Below, piece by piece: positions 28,249-37,917 of a stretch of 64,000 bases of DNA. Under the pieces are notes generated by a model. The model was given only the letters and a program-made list of their open reading frames with translations, ran no database searches and was not told where the DNA came from. Origin of the DNA: Candidatus Poseidoniaceae archaeon (lineage in GTDB: Archaea; Thermoplasmatota; Poseidoniia; Poseidoniales; Poseidoniaceae); assembly GCA_049438185.1 (NCBI GenBank), contig JBMTJI010000006.1:10859-74858 (forward strand). Direction: 5' to 3'. A program made the position numbers and the translations under genes. Every line of letters begins with the position of its first letter. Within the stretch, counting starts at the first letter, position 1.

Positions 28249-29283
28249 TTGCATTCGCTCAGTCCATGCCGAATGTTGAACATCATCCAGTGAGCAACCA
28301 AGAACGACAGCAACCAACATCGAATCGTCAATTTGACCTGGTTCATTCAACAACCAATCGAATTCATCCAATCGGTCGAGTCGATGCCCCATCATGACCA
28401 TTGCTCGAAGATCTGGACGATCGTGTCCTGAGAGTTCTCGATTCAAGTGTTGCATACACCAATCGAAGACACCTGAGACATCAGCGGGATGAACCCGTAG
28501 TTCAGGTGCCTGTTCACCCGCATCACGTGGTTTTGATTCATCGACCTGTTTTTGGAATCGGACAGCCTCTTCGTCTTGTCCATCGATGGACAAATCGAGG
28601 AACAGGCTTCCTGCCTCAATGGCCATGGTCACTTGACTTGCAAGTATGGCATGGGCATGCCCATTCCAAGCGTTACGGGCAGCATCGAACATCTTACCGT
28701 ATCGAGCATGGATACGTGAAGCGCCAATGCGGGAAATTGCAATTGTTTCATGTGCATGATTTTCCTTTCTGGAGATATCACCATAGACTTGTAGAGCCAT
28801 CAAATCTTCACCTGATGCCATGTGATACGCTGCTTTGTTGAGCAAGGAGAGGTCATGGTCGCGACTTGCTTTTGCAACAGATTTCAATCGAGTTTCAGCC
28901 CAAGTGAGATCCTCTTCAGCTCCTGCTGAATCACCTTTTTCGAAACGTTGCAAGCCACGTTCCATGCGCAAACGCCCTTCAAGAGCCAGATCACGAGTTT
29001 CAGGTTGTCGACAAATCTCCAAGGCTTGATCAATGGCATCTTCAAGTCGCTGATCACCGAGCATTCTTCGTCGAACCAAATCAAAGGTTGCACGTTGTGC
29101 AGGTGTTAACTCTGGCAAGAGGAGTTCGACCAATTCTGCAGCATCGAGGTAGAGAGCCGCTTCAATGATGGCCATCCAATCCTTCCAACCACTTTCCTCA
29201 CGCCAAGTTTCAGCAACATCGAGCGATACAGGTCCTTGTTCTCTCCATTTGGAAATGTACATTCCTGGGGCTGTTGGTCTCAT
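28234..29283 (-). CDS. Hypothetical helical protein (first gene downstream of the DHH phosphoesterase)
   Basis: 349 aa, no recognised domain. 4-nt overlap with the upstream DHH gene. Confidence 0.4.
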   Translation of the reverse strand: MRPTAPGMYISKWREQGPVSLDVAETWREESGWKDWMAIIEAALYLDAAELVELLLPELTPAQRATFDLVRRRMLGDQRLEDAIDQALEICRQPETRDLALEGRLRMERGLQRFEKGDSAGAEEDLTWAETRLKSVAKASRDHDLSLLNKAAYHMASGEDLMALQVYGDISRKENHAHETIAISRIGASRIHARYGKMFDAARNAWNGHAHAILASQVTMAIEAGSLFLDLSIDGQDEEAVRFQKQVDESKPRDAGEQAPELRVHPADVSGVFDWCMQHLNRELSGHDRPDLRAMVMMGHRLDRLDEFDWLLNEPGQIDDSMLVAVVLGCSLDDVQHSAWTERMQSLMP

Positions 29284-30272
29284 TGTTTCACCTCTCTTTG
29301 GAGTGTAAGTTGAGCAATGAAAGCAGATTCGGCACGGATGCGATCCACCTGACCCGTCCAGCCTGCTGCCCCATCATGCCCTCCTCCATCGCCTCCATGT
29401 TGTTCAGCAATGGTTTGCATGATGGCGCCAAGATGAACTCCACGCAACGTCGCTTTGCGTGTCGCCCTTGCAGTGAGGCGTGTCTCACCTTCGCGATGCC
29501 GTGAAACAAGGGATACATCGAAACCTGTGCCGAGTAACATCGATGCGAGTCGCCCTTCAAGCGTACCTGCATAGGTCGTTACGAGACTCCAGGCTCCAAC
29601 ATCGTGAGATTTCGCTCTTCCGAGTCCACGCAATAAACTTCCTCGTTCGGATGGTGAGGTCTCCTCCCGTTCAATGTACTCACAAAATTTGGCATAGTCA
29701 ATCTTGGTTCCATGAAGGAGTTTTGTCGTCACTTCAAACGATGTTGTGTTGGCATGTTTGAAACGAGCCGTGTCCGTAATCATCCCAGCGAGTAACATTT
29801 TGCGAACTGGGGGACTAAGCGCCTCTATGGCGTGTTCGAACATGTAGGTTGCAACCATTTCGGTTGTTGCACGAACATCCCATTGCAACATATGATCGCC
29901 GTCACGTAGCGTCCAGCCGTTTGTAGCATGATGATCGAGAATCAAACGAGGTACATCAGGTAAGTCAATACCAACTTGGTCTGGGGCAGCAGCATCGACA
30001 ATGATGATACCTCCAAGTTTTTCTGGAAAAGCCGTCCCTTGTGGAGTCACTTTGCGAAATGGTGCTTGCAGGTCTTCGACAAGACGCTTTGCAATTCGTC
30101 CTAGGTGCAAGCCACAAGCGAGGAGCGAAGGATGAATCGAGGCAAGGGCGATTGCAGATCCAATTGTATCCATATCGCCATTTTGACCGGCTACTACAGG
30201 GACTGCACCCCGTTCAATGGCTGAATCGATCCATTGCTTCATTGCAGCAATGTCTTCTTGATGAGAATTCAA
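29280..30272 (-). CDS. DHH-family phosphoesterase (NrnA/aRecJ-like, DHH+DHHA1)
   Basis: ILDHHATNGW motif, upstream Asp-rich motifs (GDMDTIGS), C-terminal GGGH (DHHA1 GGGH motif). Confidence 0.7.
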   Translation of the reverse strand: MNSHQEDIAAMKQWIDSAIERGAVPVVAGQNGDMDTIGSAIALASIHPSLLACGLHLGRIAKRLVEDLQAPFRKVTPQGTAFPEKLGGIIIVDAAAPDQVGIDLPDVPRLILDHHATNGWTLRDGDHMLQWDVRATTEMVATYMFEHAIEALSPPVRKMLLAGMITDTARFKHANTTSFEVTTKLLHGTKIDYAKFCEYIEREETSPSERGSLLRGLGRAKSHDVGAWSLVTTYAGTLEGRLASMLLGTGFDVSLVSRHREGETRLTARATRKATLRGVHLGAIMQTIAEQHGGDGGGHDGAAGWTGQVDRIRAESAFIAQLTLQREVKQ

Positions 30273-30583
30273 GCTTCTCCCTCAAGTGATTTCTTGAGTT
30301 CTTCATAGGCTGCGACAAGTTTTGCTTCATGCTCAGAGAGTCGCACAGCATGTTCTGACAGCGTTGAATGTGTGGTTTTCAGATCTTCAATCAACTCATC
30401 TTTGTTGTCAACCTCAACCAAGACGCCACCAAGTTGTCGATGAAGCGCCATTCCTTCAGGATGTTTTTCAACAGCAGTAATGGTTGTTTCCAGTTCTTGC
30501 AATTGTGCACGAACGGTTGCAACCTGATGACGTGCATTCTGGACTTCGGAGACGACGACTTGGAGTTGTTCGACGGTGCTCAT
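30269..30583 (-). CDS. pfdB: Prefoldin beta subunit
   Basis: 104-aa coiled coil - beta-hairpin (LGGVLVEVDNKDE) - coiled coil. Conserved position in the exosome superoperon. Confidence 0.6.
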   Translation of the reverse strand: MSTVEQLQVVVSEVQNARHQVATVRAQLQELETTITAVEKHPEGMALHRQLGGVLVEVDNKDELIEDLKTTHSTLSEHAVRLSEHEAKLVAAYEELKKSLEGEA

Positions 30584-30855
30584 GCTTCCATCGAATCGTC
30601 TTTGGTTGAAGAACCTGCGGATTGAATCGCCTGTAGAATTTCGTCAGCAGCAATCAATCCGCGAATGCGTGTATTCCACATAGCACGCAAATCTTTGGCA
30701 TTTGCTTCATCCAAACGGAACGAAAAGGTATGGTCATCGGTTGCTTGACTCTCTGTTTCAGAAACAAGGGAATCACGCATGGCACGAATGTCTGAAGCAT
30801 CTGCTCGTGTAATCGTACAAAGAAGTGAAAACGGCGTTTCCGCCATTACACTCAC
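30580..30855 (-). CDS. pcc1: KEOPS subunit Pcc1-like
   Basis: 91 aa. ASDIRAMRDSLVSE...AKDLRAMWNTRIRGLIAADEIL resembles the Pcc1 pattern (A..I..AL.PE ... ALRAS.NS.LRWI). Position next to L37ae and prefoldin is typical. Confidence 0.45.
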   Translation of the reverse strand: MSVMAETPFSLLCTITRADASDIRAMRDSLVSETESQATDDHTFSFRLDEANAKDLRAMWNTRIRGLIAADEILQAIQSAGSSTKDDSMEA

Positions 30856-31208
30856 TCCTCTTCAGAGGTGTCTTCAGCAGCCTTGCGCTCAAAGTCGAGA
30901 GCGGCTTGCTGTGCAATGAATGCCATATCAGCGGTTGTTGCACCCTCAACGGATCGACGAAGAATACGAGAGTTTGCATCGCTTGCACGAGTGAATGGCT
31001 CCCAAGCACCACCAGCGAATGTGTGGCCACACTTGCCGCAAGACCAGATGCCGACGGATTGTCGGGCAACCTTACGGTAGTGGCAGACTGGACACGTGTA
31101 CTTCGCATTCTTCTTTGCCAATGCGCTGCCAGCGTTACGTCGAACGCTTACACCATATCGTGCACCAAATCGTGCTGTTGCCTTTGCTTTCTGGGTTCGC
31201 TTTGCCAA
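30852..31208 (-). CDS. rpl37ae: 50S ribosomal protein L37Ae (eL43)
   Basis: RFGARYG..., zinc ribbon CPVCHYRKVARQSVGIWSCGKCGHTFAGGAW. Confidence 0.9.
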   Translation of the reverse strand: MAKRTQKAKATARFGARYGVSVRRNAGSALAKKNAKYTCPVCHYRKVARQSVGIWSCGKCGHTFAGGAWEPFTRASDANSRILRRSVEGATTADMAFIAQQAALDFERKAAEDTSEEE

Positions 31209-31994
31209 TCAGTTCCCCTCCTTTTCTGCTACCATTTCTCTAAGTTCACTGCACTTTTGTTCGGCGACCGCAAGAATCTCGGCAAATTCGTCCGGAGTGA
31301 AGACTCCTTTTAGCCCCTTCTGTAACGAGTGAAGGTGACCTTCATCACCAAGTGTGATGTGAATACGCTCGTCTCCACCGAGTTCTTCTTCTTCACTTGG
31401 GTCGTAAACGAAGCGTCCACCGGCTCGCTTGAAGGATGCCATGATTGGTGTTCCATTGACCTTCAACGTGTGATCTTCGCCAACATCGAAACGCTCTGCT
31501 GGAACAACGGCTGTTCGTAGTGCTGCAATGGCTGCGAGTCCTGCAGCATCGAAGATGTTGCCTCCATCGGAAAGAACGTGGATATCTATCATGACGCCCC
31601 AGACTTTCTCGCCAGGAACAATGCACAATTCGTCCATATCGATGCAACCAGATTCACGGATTCCTCGGTCAACAACACGGCCGAGTTCGATGGATTCCGG
31701 AGATGGTGGGCCAGGCTCATACTTTCGATGAGCGACAGGTCGAAGTTCTGCACCACACATGAGTGAACCTTGTGTTGGTCGGTCAGGCCATGGGGTTCGA
31801 ATTTCGAACTTAACGCCTGCATAGATGATGGTGTCACCCCAAACGACCTTCGCAGATCCTTCGGCGTTGTAGAGGCAGTCGACCTCAAGATGGACTTCTC
31901 GTCCATCAAATTGCCCACGACCGTCGAGTCTCTGGCCGTCAGCAGCAAGGCGTTCAAGTTCTTGTCGCAAGAGGGAAGGAACCAACTCAACCAT
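31209..31994 (-). CDS. rrp42: Exosome complex component Rrp42 (RNase PH-like, non-catalytic)
   Basis: RNase PH-fold sequence. Follows Rrp41 with a 1-nt overlap. LDGRGQFDGREVHLEVD. Confidence 0.8.
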   Translation of the reverse strand: MVELVPSLLRQELERLAADGQRLDGRGQFDGREVHLEVDCLYNAEGSAKVVWGDTIIYAGVKFEIRTPWPDRPTQGSLMCGAELRPVAHRKYEPGPPSPESIELGRVVDRGIRESGCIDMDELCIVPGEKVWGVMIDIHVLSDGGNIFDAAGLAAIAALRTAVVPAERFDVGEDHTLKVNGTPIMASFKRAGGRFVYDPSEEEELGGDERIHITLGDEGHLHSLQKGLKGVFTPDEFAEILAVAEQKCSELREMVAEKEGN

Positions 31995-32722
31995 CAGGCT
32001 TCACCTCCTTCATATCGACGCTTGAGGGCGTCGACCATAATTTCGTGAATTTCTTTGGCAGCCTTGTGATTGTACTCCATTGCAAGATTGTATTCTTCGA
32101 TCGAAAGGTCACCATCCATCTGAAGGAAGGCGATTTCGCCCGTGTTCGGGAGAATACCGACAGGAAGGTCTGCTTGACCGTAATTGTCCTCTGCCTTATC
32201 GAGGTCAAGGACGACAGTGTCCTCAATCTTACCAGAAGCAACACCAACGATCATGTCGCGCATTGGAATTCCAGCGTCTGCGAGTGCAACAGATGCAGCA
32301 GTGATACCCGCACATCGTGTTCCAGCTTCAGCAGCAAGAATCTCGATTTCAACTCGAATCTTTGAGCGGGGATAACGCTCGACGAGAACAACCGATTCAA
32401 GCGATTCGGCCGTAACTTTGGAAATCTCTCGACTACGTCGATTGAATCCTGGTCGAATTCGGTCACCCGTTGAGAACGGTGCCATGTTGTAACGCACATC
32501 GATGACAGCACGATCTTGTCGCTGAATCTTTCGAGGATGTGCTTCCATTGGTCCATACACAGCTGCAACTGCAACGTTGAGTCCGTGTGTGACCATCGCA
32601 GATCCATCAGCAGCAGGAAGTACTCCTGCCTCAATTGTTACCGGTCGCATCTCGTCGATTGCTCGACCATCAAGTCTTTTTCCATCTTCGCGTAGTAGTT
32701 TTACGTCTCCATACCCACCCAT
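31994..32722 (-). CDS. rrp41: Exosome complex exonuclease Rrp41 (RNase PH-like)
   Basis: REDGKRLDGRAIDEMRPVTIEAGVL...GTRCAGITAASVALADAGIPMRD. Confidence 0.85.
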   Translation of the reverse strand: MGGYGDVKLLREDGKRLDGRAIDEMRPVTIEAGVLPAADGSAMVTHGLNVAVAAVYGPMEAHPRKIQRQDRAVIDVRYNMAPFSTGDRIRPGFNRRSREISKVTAESLESVVLVERYPRSKIRVEIEILAAEAGTRCAGITAASVALADAGIPMRDMIVGVASGKIEDTVVLDLDKAEDNYGQADLPVGILPNTGEIAFLQMDGDLSIEEYNLAMEYNHKAAKEIHEIMVDALKRRYEGGEA

Positions 32723-33438
32723 CAGTGTTCACCTCGTTCGTTTTCAAGTGCTTCCACAGCACCTTCGAATGTTTTCTTATGCCCTTCTTCGTTGAGGGTC
32801 TGTATCAGATTGCGTGCAACACGCATGTTGTCAGCATCGCCATGAATCCATACACGACCATTGTCAGCGACAATGATTCTGCAATCAGTTGCATCACGAA
32901 TTCGACTCAATGTTCCATTGTTGTGCCCGCGGAGGGTGTCGATCAAATTCACTGGAATGGATACAACTGCTCCTTCGTTCAATCGTCGAAGTCCAACTCC
33001 TTTCATCGTCAAGACCATGTTATGGGTTTCATCGACTTCTTGAATGCGTGCAAGAGCAGCGTCTCCAATGCCAAGATGTTGGCGCGTTGAACCGAATTCC
33101 ACCTTCCAAGGTGCCAATGACATTGGAAGAAGTGCTTGGAAAGGACCGTTCACATCGAAAAACCAGAGGTTGTTTCGAACCTCGGCAACAAAGCCGATGA
33201 TGAGGTCGCCTGAACGTGGCATGTAAGCGCTGTTGATCGGTAGAACAGAAACGACATCGTTCTGTTCGTTGAGCCATCCCAATCGGGTGGCAATGAATTC
33301 ATTGTTTTCGGCAATCGTACCAGACCCTGCTCGCTTCCCGGATGATGGTCCGATGACCATTCCCGGGGTCACGAGGCGCTGCTCGGCGCCAACTTGACCT
33401 TCGGACATACTTTTCTCTCCGAACCGCCCACTCGACAT
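32722..33438 (-). CDS. rrp4: Exosome RNA-binding subunit Rrp4 (S1 + KH)
   Basis: S1 region (SGDLIIGFVAEVRNNLWFFDVNG) and KH region (GAVVSIPVNLIDTLRGHNNGTLSRIRDATDCRIIVADNGRVWIHG). Confidence 0.8.
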   Translation of the reverse strand: MSSGRFGEKSMSEGQVGAEQRLVTPGMVIGPSSGKRAGSGTIAENNEFIATRLGWLNEQNDVVSVLPINSAYMPRSGDLIIGFVAEVRNNLWFFDVNGPFQALLPMSLAPWKVEFGSTRQHLGIGDAALARIQEVDETHNMVLTMKGVGLRRLNEGAVVSIPVNLIDTLRGHNNGTLSRIRDATDCRIIVADNGRVWIHGDADNMRVARNLIQTLNEEGHKKTFEGAVEALENERGEH

Positions 33439-33462
33439 CCCATGATAAAGGACACCCTTTTG

Positions 33463-34155
33463 TCATGAGGATAATTCTTTGACTTCAGCGTCGTTTGCAC
33501 GCTTCAAAACTTGACCGATTACATCACCCTTCATACCTGCTGGAATCTCAATCACGCAAGCCCAGTCTCCGTTTTCAAGCCAGCCTTCTTTTTGCTGATG
33601 CGTGCGCAGCAATTGACTCACGCTTCCATAGGCGCTTCCTGGAATACGGAAAGCGAGCCGCACGGACTCAAAACTGAGTGGAATGAGTGGTTTGAGTTTA
33701 GCAATAGCATCTTTGACCTGATCTTCAAGCCGCTTGAACGGATCCACGGAATACTTTGACTCTTCCAAAGCCAGTTCAATACGCGTCCGTGGATGTGGAG
33801 ACTTGCTTTTGGGATCGATGGCTTGACTGTGGATGTGATGGATGATTTGTTGACGCATGTGTTCAACACGTGCTTTCCGTTGAGCTGTTGTTAACTGGAT
33901 TGAACCTTTTTCGAGAATGATGTTGAGAATAGTCTCAACCTCGAGGGTTTGAAACGTATTCATTAAAGCTTCTTCAGTTGGGCGTTCGCCAGCACGTGCA
34001 TCGTGAAAAATTTCGTCCATGGCCATAAAATCGTCCAAGTCGATGACCGATGAATCGCTCTTCCATTGATCGACAAGGTCAGGGTCAACGAGAACTTCGT
34101 AACGCTTTCCACCCTTTTCGAGTCGTGCGAGAACAGCATCATCGAGACTGACCAT
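33463..34155 (-). CDS. sdo1: SBDS/Sdo1 ribosome maturation protein
   Basis: VSLDDAVLARLEKGGKRYEVLVDPDLV N-terminal FYSH domain. 230 aa. Canonical superoperon position. Confidence 0.8.
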   Translation of the reverse strand: MVSLDDAVLARLEKGGKRYEVLVDPDLVDQWKSDSSVIDLDDFMAMDEIFHDARAGERPTEEALMNTFQTLEVETILNIILEKGSIQLTTAQRKARVEHMRQQIIHHIHSQAIDPKSKSPHPRTRIELALEESKYSVDPFKRLEDQVKDAIAKLKPLIPLSFESVRLAFRIPGSAYGSVSQLLRTHQQKEGWLENGDWACVIEIPAGMKGDVIGQVLKRANDAEVKELSS

Positions 34156-34192
34156 ATGGTCACCTCACGCCTGTGAACGGTTTTCTTGCTGC

Positions 34193-34915
34193 TCAGTCCT
34201 CAAGAGGCTTGAGTCGGTCAAGTTGTTTGTTCACTTCTCCTCGGTCGAGAATACGATATCCGTCGCCGTCAACGACGACAACTTCGACCGCATCACGGTT
34301 CAATTCAGTATCATTGGCTGAGCGAAGGGCTTCAAGTCCCATCTTCATTGCGGCATTGAGTGTCATTCCACTCTTCCAATTCTTTTCGAAGTACTCGATG
34401 ACGGTGTTTCTGTTGCTTCCAATTGCGCCAGCATGGTAGGATTGGTAGGCGCCTGAAGGGTCGGTCTCGTAGAGATGAATTCCTTCGTCATCGACTCCAC
34501 CGATGAGTAGGGCTGTACCGAATGGACGTGATCCACCGTATTGCGTAAAGGATTGCTTGAAGTCACAGATTTTCTTTACCAACACGTCTACTGGTACTGT
34601 ATCAGCATAGGTGATTCTGTTGATTTGAGACTCGACTCGGGCACGAGCAACAAGTTGTCGTGCATCGGCCACGAGACCAGATGTAGCAACGCCAACATGC
34701 TCATCGATTTTGAACATCTTTTCGATGGATTCAGGAATAATCAATCGTGAAGCAATACGCTTGTCACAGACGAGAACAACTCCTTCTTTGAACTTCAATC
34801 CTGCTGTTGTAGTACCTCGCTTAACAGATTCACGAGCGTATTCTACCTGAAACAGGCGTCCATCTGGGCTAAATGTTGTAATTCCATGATCGTATCCTCT
34901 TCCACTCGGTTGCAT
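34193..34915 (-). CDS. psmA: Proteasome subunit alpha
   Basis: YDHGITTFSPDGRLFQVEYARESVKRGTTTAGL alpha-type N-terminus. Confidence 0.9.
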   Translation of the reverse strand: MQPSGRGYDHGITTFSPDGRLFQVEYARESVKRGTTTAGLKFKEGVVLVCDKRIASRLIIPESIEKMFKIDEHVGVATSGLVADARQLVARARVESQINRITYADTVPVDVLVKKICDFKQSFTQYGGSRPFGTALLIGGVDDEGIHLYETDPSGAYQSYHAGAIGSNRNTVIEYFEKNWKSGMTLNAAMKMGLEALRSANDTELNRDAVEVVVVDGDGYRILDRGEVNKQLDRLKPLED

Positions 34916-35054
34916 TTTCTCACCAATTCCTTCTCGTCCTCGACGCTTTATGAGGGTGATGCTTCACCACCCTATGCTATCCACTTGAACGACCCATTTG
35001 AACACTTGGCTTGTTTTCCCTTAATCTCATGAAGTTGAAGTTCATGGGTGGATT

Positions 35055-35711
35055 ATGCGAATCGCCGTTCTCAGCTCGGGAGGCAAGGACTCCTCAGCAG
35101 CATGGTGGTGGGCGATGTGTCGTGGGTGGGACATTACTGCTATCGTCACTGTGGACATACAAGACGGTGATTCACACATGTTCCAAGTACCATCGACGAA
35201 TTGGGTTGAGAGTCAAGCACTTCTAGCAAATGTGCCGTGGGTCAACGTTCCAGCCTCAGGAACGGTCGAAGATGAAATTGAGGCACTTGAACAGGCTTTA
35301 TCGAAACTCGAAATCGATGGAATTGTAAGTGGTGCCCTGCGATCGGACTTTCAAAAGCAGCGTCTTGAATGCATGTCCCAACGATTGAACATCCACTCGT
35401 TCTCACCTCTATGGCATCAAACACCCATCGAGCACCTGAAAGGCATGGTTGAAGCGGGATTTCAGATCATGCTCACTTCCGTATCCTGTGAAGGATTAGA
35501 CCACACTTGGCTGGGGCATGTCTTGACAGAATCATCCCTGACGAAACTCCATGCATTGTCGAAACAACATCGGTTCAATGTTGACGGAGAGGGTGGAGAA
35601 TACGAAACCTTTGTCCTCGGCGGTCCTATCTGGTCAAGAGCCTTGCGAGTGGAGGGTGCGGAGCAGCATACAGCGAGTCGTGGTATCTTTGCGATTCATT
35701 CCGTTGAATGA
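35055..35711 (+). CDS. Diphthine-ammonia ligase-like PP-loop ATPase (Dph6 / MJ0570 family)
   Basis: MRIAVLSSGGKDSSAA PP-loop, ...GEGGEYETFVLGGP... at the C-terminus. 218 aa. Confidence 0.65.
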   Translation: MRIAVLSSGGKDSSAAWWWAMCRGWDITAIVTVDIQDGDSHMFQVPSTNWVESQALLANVPWVNVPASGTVEDEIEALEQALSKLEIDGIVSGALRSDFQKQRLECMSQRLNIHSFSPLWHQTPIEHLKGMVEAGFQIMLTSVSCEGLDHTWLGHVLTESSLTKLHALSKQHRFNVDGEGGEYETFVLGGPIWSRALRVEGAEQHTASRGIFAIHSVE

Positions 35712-37054
35712 ATGGCTGCACGAGCGAGGGCAACCGCTTCATCAACGATTTCTCCTGATACACCAATGTGATTGCTTGGTTCAAACATCGCCTCCAATTC
35801 TTCCGCACTAAACGCTGCGGAAATTGCAGGTGTTCGGCTACAGACATCGATAAGTTCCTCTTTGTTTGCAACAGCAGTGAAGGATGCCTCACGAAGAATT
35901 TCGTGCGCTTCATCGCGGGGAATTCCACGTTCAACAAGATCGATCATGACCTTTTCAGCCATGACCAAACCACGTTGTGCTCGAATGTTTTCCATACATC
36001 GTTCAGCATCAACCCACATATTTGTCAACACTTGTCGTGTTTTGGCGATGACATCTTCACAAAGTGCACTTCCGTGGGACAATGTAAACCGTTCACTGCT
36101 CGAGTTCGCAAGATCTCGTTCATGCCAAAGGAGTGCATTTTCGTAGGTTGGAATGATGAATGAACGAACGATTCTGGCCAATCCAGAAGCGTTCTCTGAT
36201 TTGATTGGATTCTTCTTGTGCGCCATTGTTGAGGAACCAACTTGCTTTTTGACGTCAAACCCTTCGCCTGCTTCTGAAAGTTCAGAACGTTGCAGATTTC
36301 GAATTTCCTGGAGAACCTTCTCACACGTTGTTGCTACATTAGCAAGCCAAGACACGTACTCGACATAGCGGTCACGTCCAACAACTTGGGTCGTTGCGAG
36401 TGGGACGCCAAGCCCCAAGTGCGTAAGGATGAGTCGTTGAAGTTCACGAGCATGTTCACCTTGAGCAGCACCTGTACCAACAGCGCCGAGGAATTTGCCT
36501 ACTGCAATACGAGGTGTAGCCTCATCGAGGCGGATGAGTTGCCTTCTCATTTCATCAAGCCATACGGCTGCTTTGAGTCCAAAGGTAATCGGAACAGCTG
36601 CCTGTCCATGGGTTCGTCCAAGCATGACAGTGTCACGCTCTCGTTCTGCAACATCGGCACAAACGCCGATCAAAAGACAGAGTTGTTCACGCAGAAGAAC
36701 GATGCTGTCACGCAATTGAAGGGCGACAGCAGTATCGACGATGTCGTTGGATGTGGCACCAAGGTGGATGCACCATCCGGCTTCTCCAGCGGCCTCAGCC
36801 ATGGCTTTGGTTAGTGCCATAATGTCGTGACGAGTCTCTGCTTCGATTTCTGAAACACGCTCTTTTCGTACAGATTCAGGGTTTGCAATAGCGGCTACTG
36901 CATTGTAGTCCTCTTCGGAGACGCGTCCAAGCTGCCAATGCGCCCAAATGAGAGCACGTTCAACTTCGAGTTGTCGTTCATGCCGGCCAGATTCAGACCA
37001 GATGTGTTTGAAATCTTGGCAACCATATCGGTAATCGAGTGGACAAAAGGCCAT
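35696..37054 (-). CDS. purB: Adenylosuccinate lyase
   Basis: Fumarase/ASL family signature GATSNDIVDTA, HLGATSND.., MAHKKNP. Start set at MAFCPLDYRYG. Confidence 0.85.
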   Translation of the reverse strand: MAFCPLDYRYGCQDFKHIWSESGRHERQLEVERALIWAHWQLGRVSEEDYNAVAAIANPESVRKERVSEIEAETRHDIMALTKAMAEAAGEAGWCIHLGATSNDIVDTAVALQLRDSIVLLREQLCLLIGVCADVAERERDTVMLGRTHGQAAVPITFGLKAAVWLDEMRRQLIRLDEATPRIAVGKFLGAVGTGAAQGEHARELQRLILTHLGLGVPLATTQVVGRDRYVEYVSWLANVATTCEKVLQEIRNLQRSELSEAGEGFDVKKQVGSSTMAHKKNPIKSENASGLARIVRSFIIPTYENALLWHERDLANSSSERFTLSHGSALCEDVIAKTRQVLTNMWVDAERCMENIRAQRGLVMAEKVMIDLVERGIPRDEAHEILREASFTAVANKEELIDVCSRTPAISAAFSAEELEAMFEPSNHIGVSGEIVDEAVALARAAIHSTE

Positions 37055-37076
37055 ATTTCGTGGTCGAGAAGAGGCT

Positions 37077-37541
37077 TCATGAACCTTGCTCAGTGGCATT
37101 TGGGTTCATTTCTTCGCGTGTTGCTTCATCGGTTGTCATGGCATAACGAACCAAAATCATTGCAAAGGCAGTCGATGTAAGGAAGGCAACGCCGACGAAA
37201 ATCGAAAGGTTGTACCACAACATGGCTACCCCAACCAAGGAAACATAGGCGAACATTTGGCAAATGTTCGAAGCAATCGTTAGTTTCTTTACCATGTGAT
37301 GGCTTAATCTCCCGTTGTTTTCCAACATGAAGGTGTAGATCAGAAAATAAATCGCTTGGAATGGAAGCGTTGCAGCAATGATGGTCAAGGCTACTTCGCG
37401 GATTTGTGTCGGGTTTGCCTCTTGCTCCATCCCCTGGAAAAGCATCACTGCGGTATTTGTTCCGAGCAATGCGGCCATAATTGTCCAGCGTTTGTCTTGT
37501 GATGAGGTTCTGCTCTCAACATTGACAGATCCATCACTCAT
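37077..37541 (-). CDS. Membrane protein (hypothetical, ~4 TM)
   Basis: Hydrophobic helices. Start chosen at MSDGSVN. A further small upstream membrane ORF (37627..37893, minus strand) is possible. Confidence 0.3.
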   Translation of the reverse strand: MSDGSVNVESRTSSQDKRWTIMAALLGTNTAVMLFQGMEQEANPTQIREVALTIIAATLPFQAIYFLIYTFMLENNGRLSHHMVKKLTIASNICQMFAYVSLVGVAMLWYNLSIFVGVAFLTSTAFAMILVRYAMTTDEATREEMNPNATEQGS

Positions 37542-37917
37542 GAGCAAGACCTTGCAAAAACGGGTTTGAATATATCGCTTCTTGCACGGATTTGAAGGTA
37601 GTTTTGATGGTTTCCTCAAAACTCCATCAAAGGGATTCAAGCAGTTTGATGGCTGCACCTGTAATGGTTGCAACGATGAAGAGCAGTATCATCATACCAA
37701 TTGGTCCATACTGATTTGCATCATTGATCGAGGTGTTGAAGAAACCGTCCCGTGTTATGGCTTGACCAAAACTTTCAGCTTCTTCGTAAGGAGGGGGGTC
37801 TCTCCGAGGAATCCGTTCTCCCTTCCGTACTTCTCCCGCCATGTTGATACCATCCGGAGAGAGGTCAAGAGCATTTTGTATGAACGCAATCAAATCCTAA
37901 GACTCCCACGATGGAAT

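Noticed and set aside
34916-35054. 140-nt intergenic region upstream of psmA and Dph6 considered for a small RNA/tRNA
   Set aside because: No cloverleaf-compatible complementarity or T-loop motif. More likely the divergent promoter region for the psmA superoperon and the Dph6-like gene.
36290-36814. 174-aa and neighbouring plus-strand ORFs (35768..36368)
   Set aside because: Antisense to adenylosuccinate lyase, whose motifs are unambiguous on the minus strand.
37582-37917. 5' part of the 307-aa ORF upstream of the RecA-like region
   Set aside because: Overlaps an oppositely oriented membrane-protein gene and is Cys/His-rich junk. A more plausible start is at 37918.
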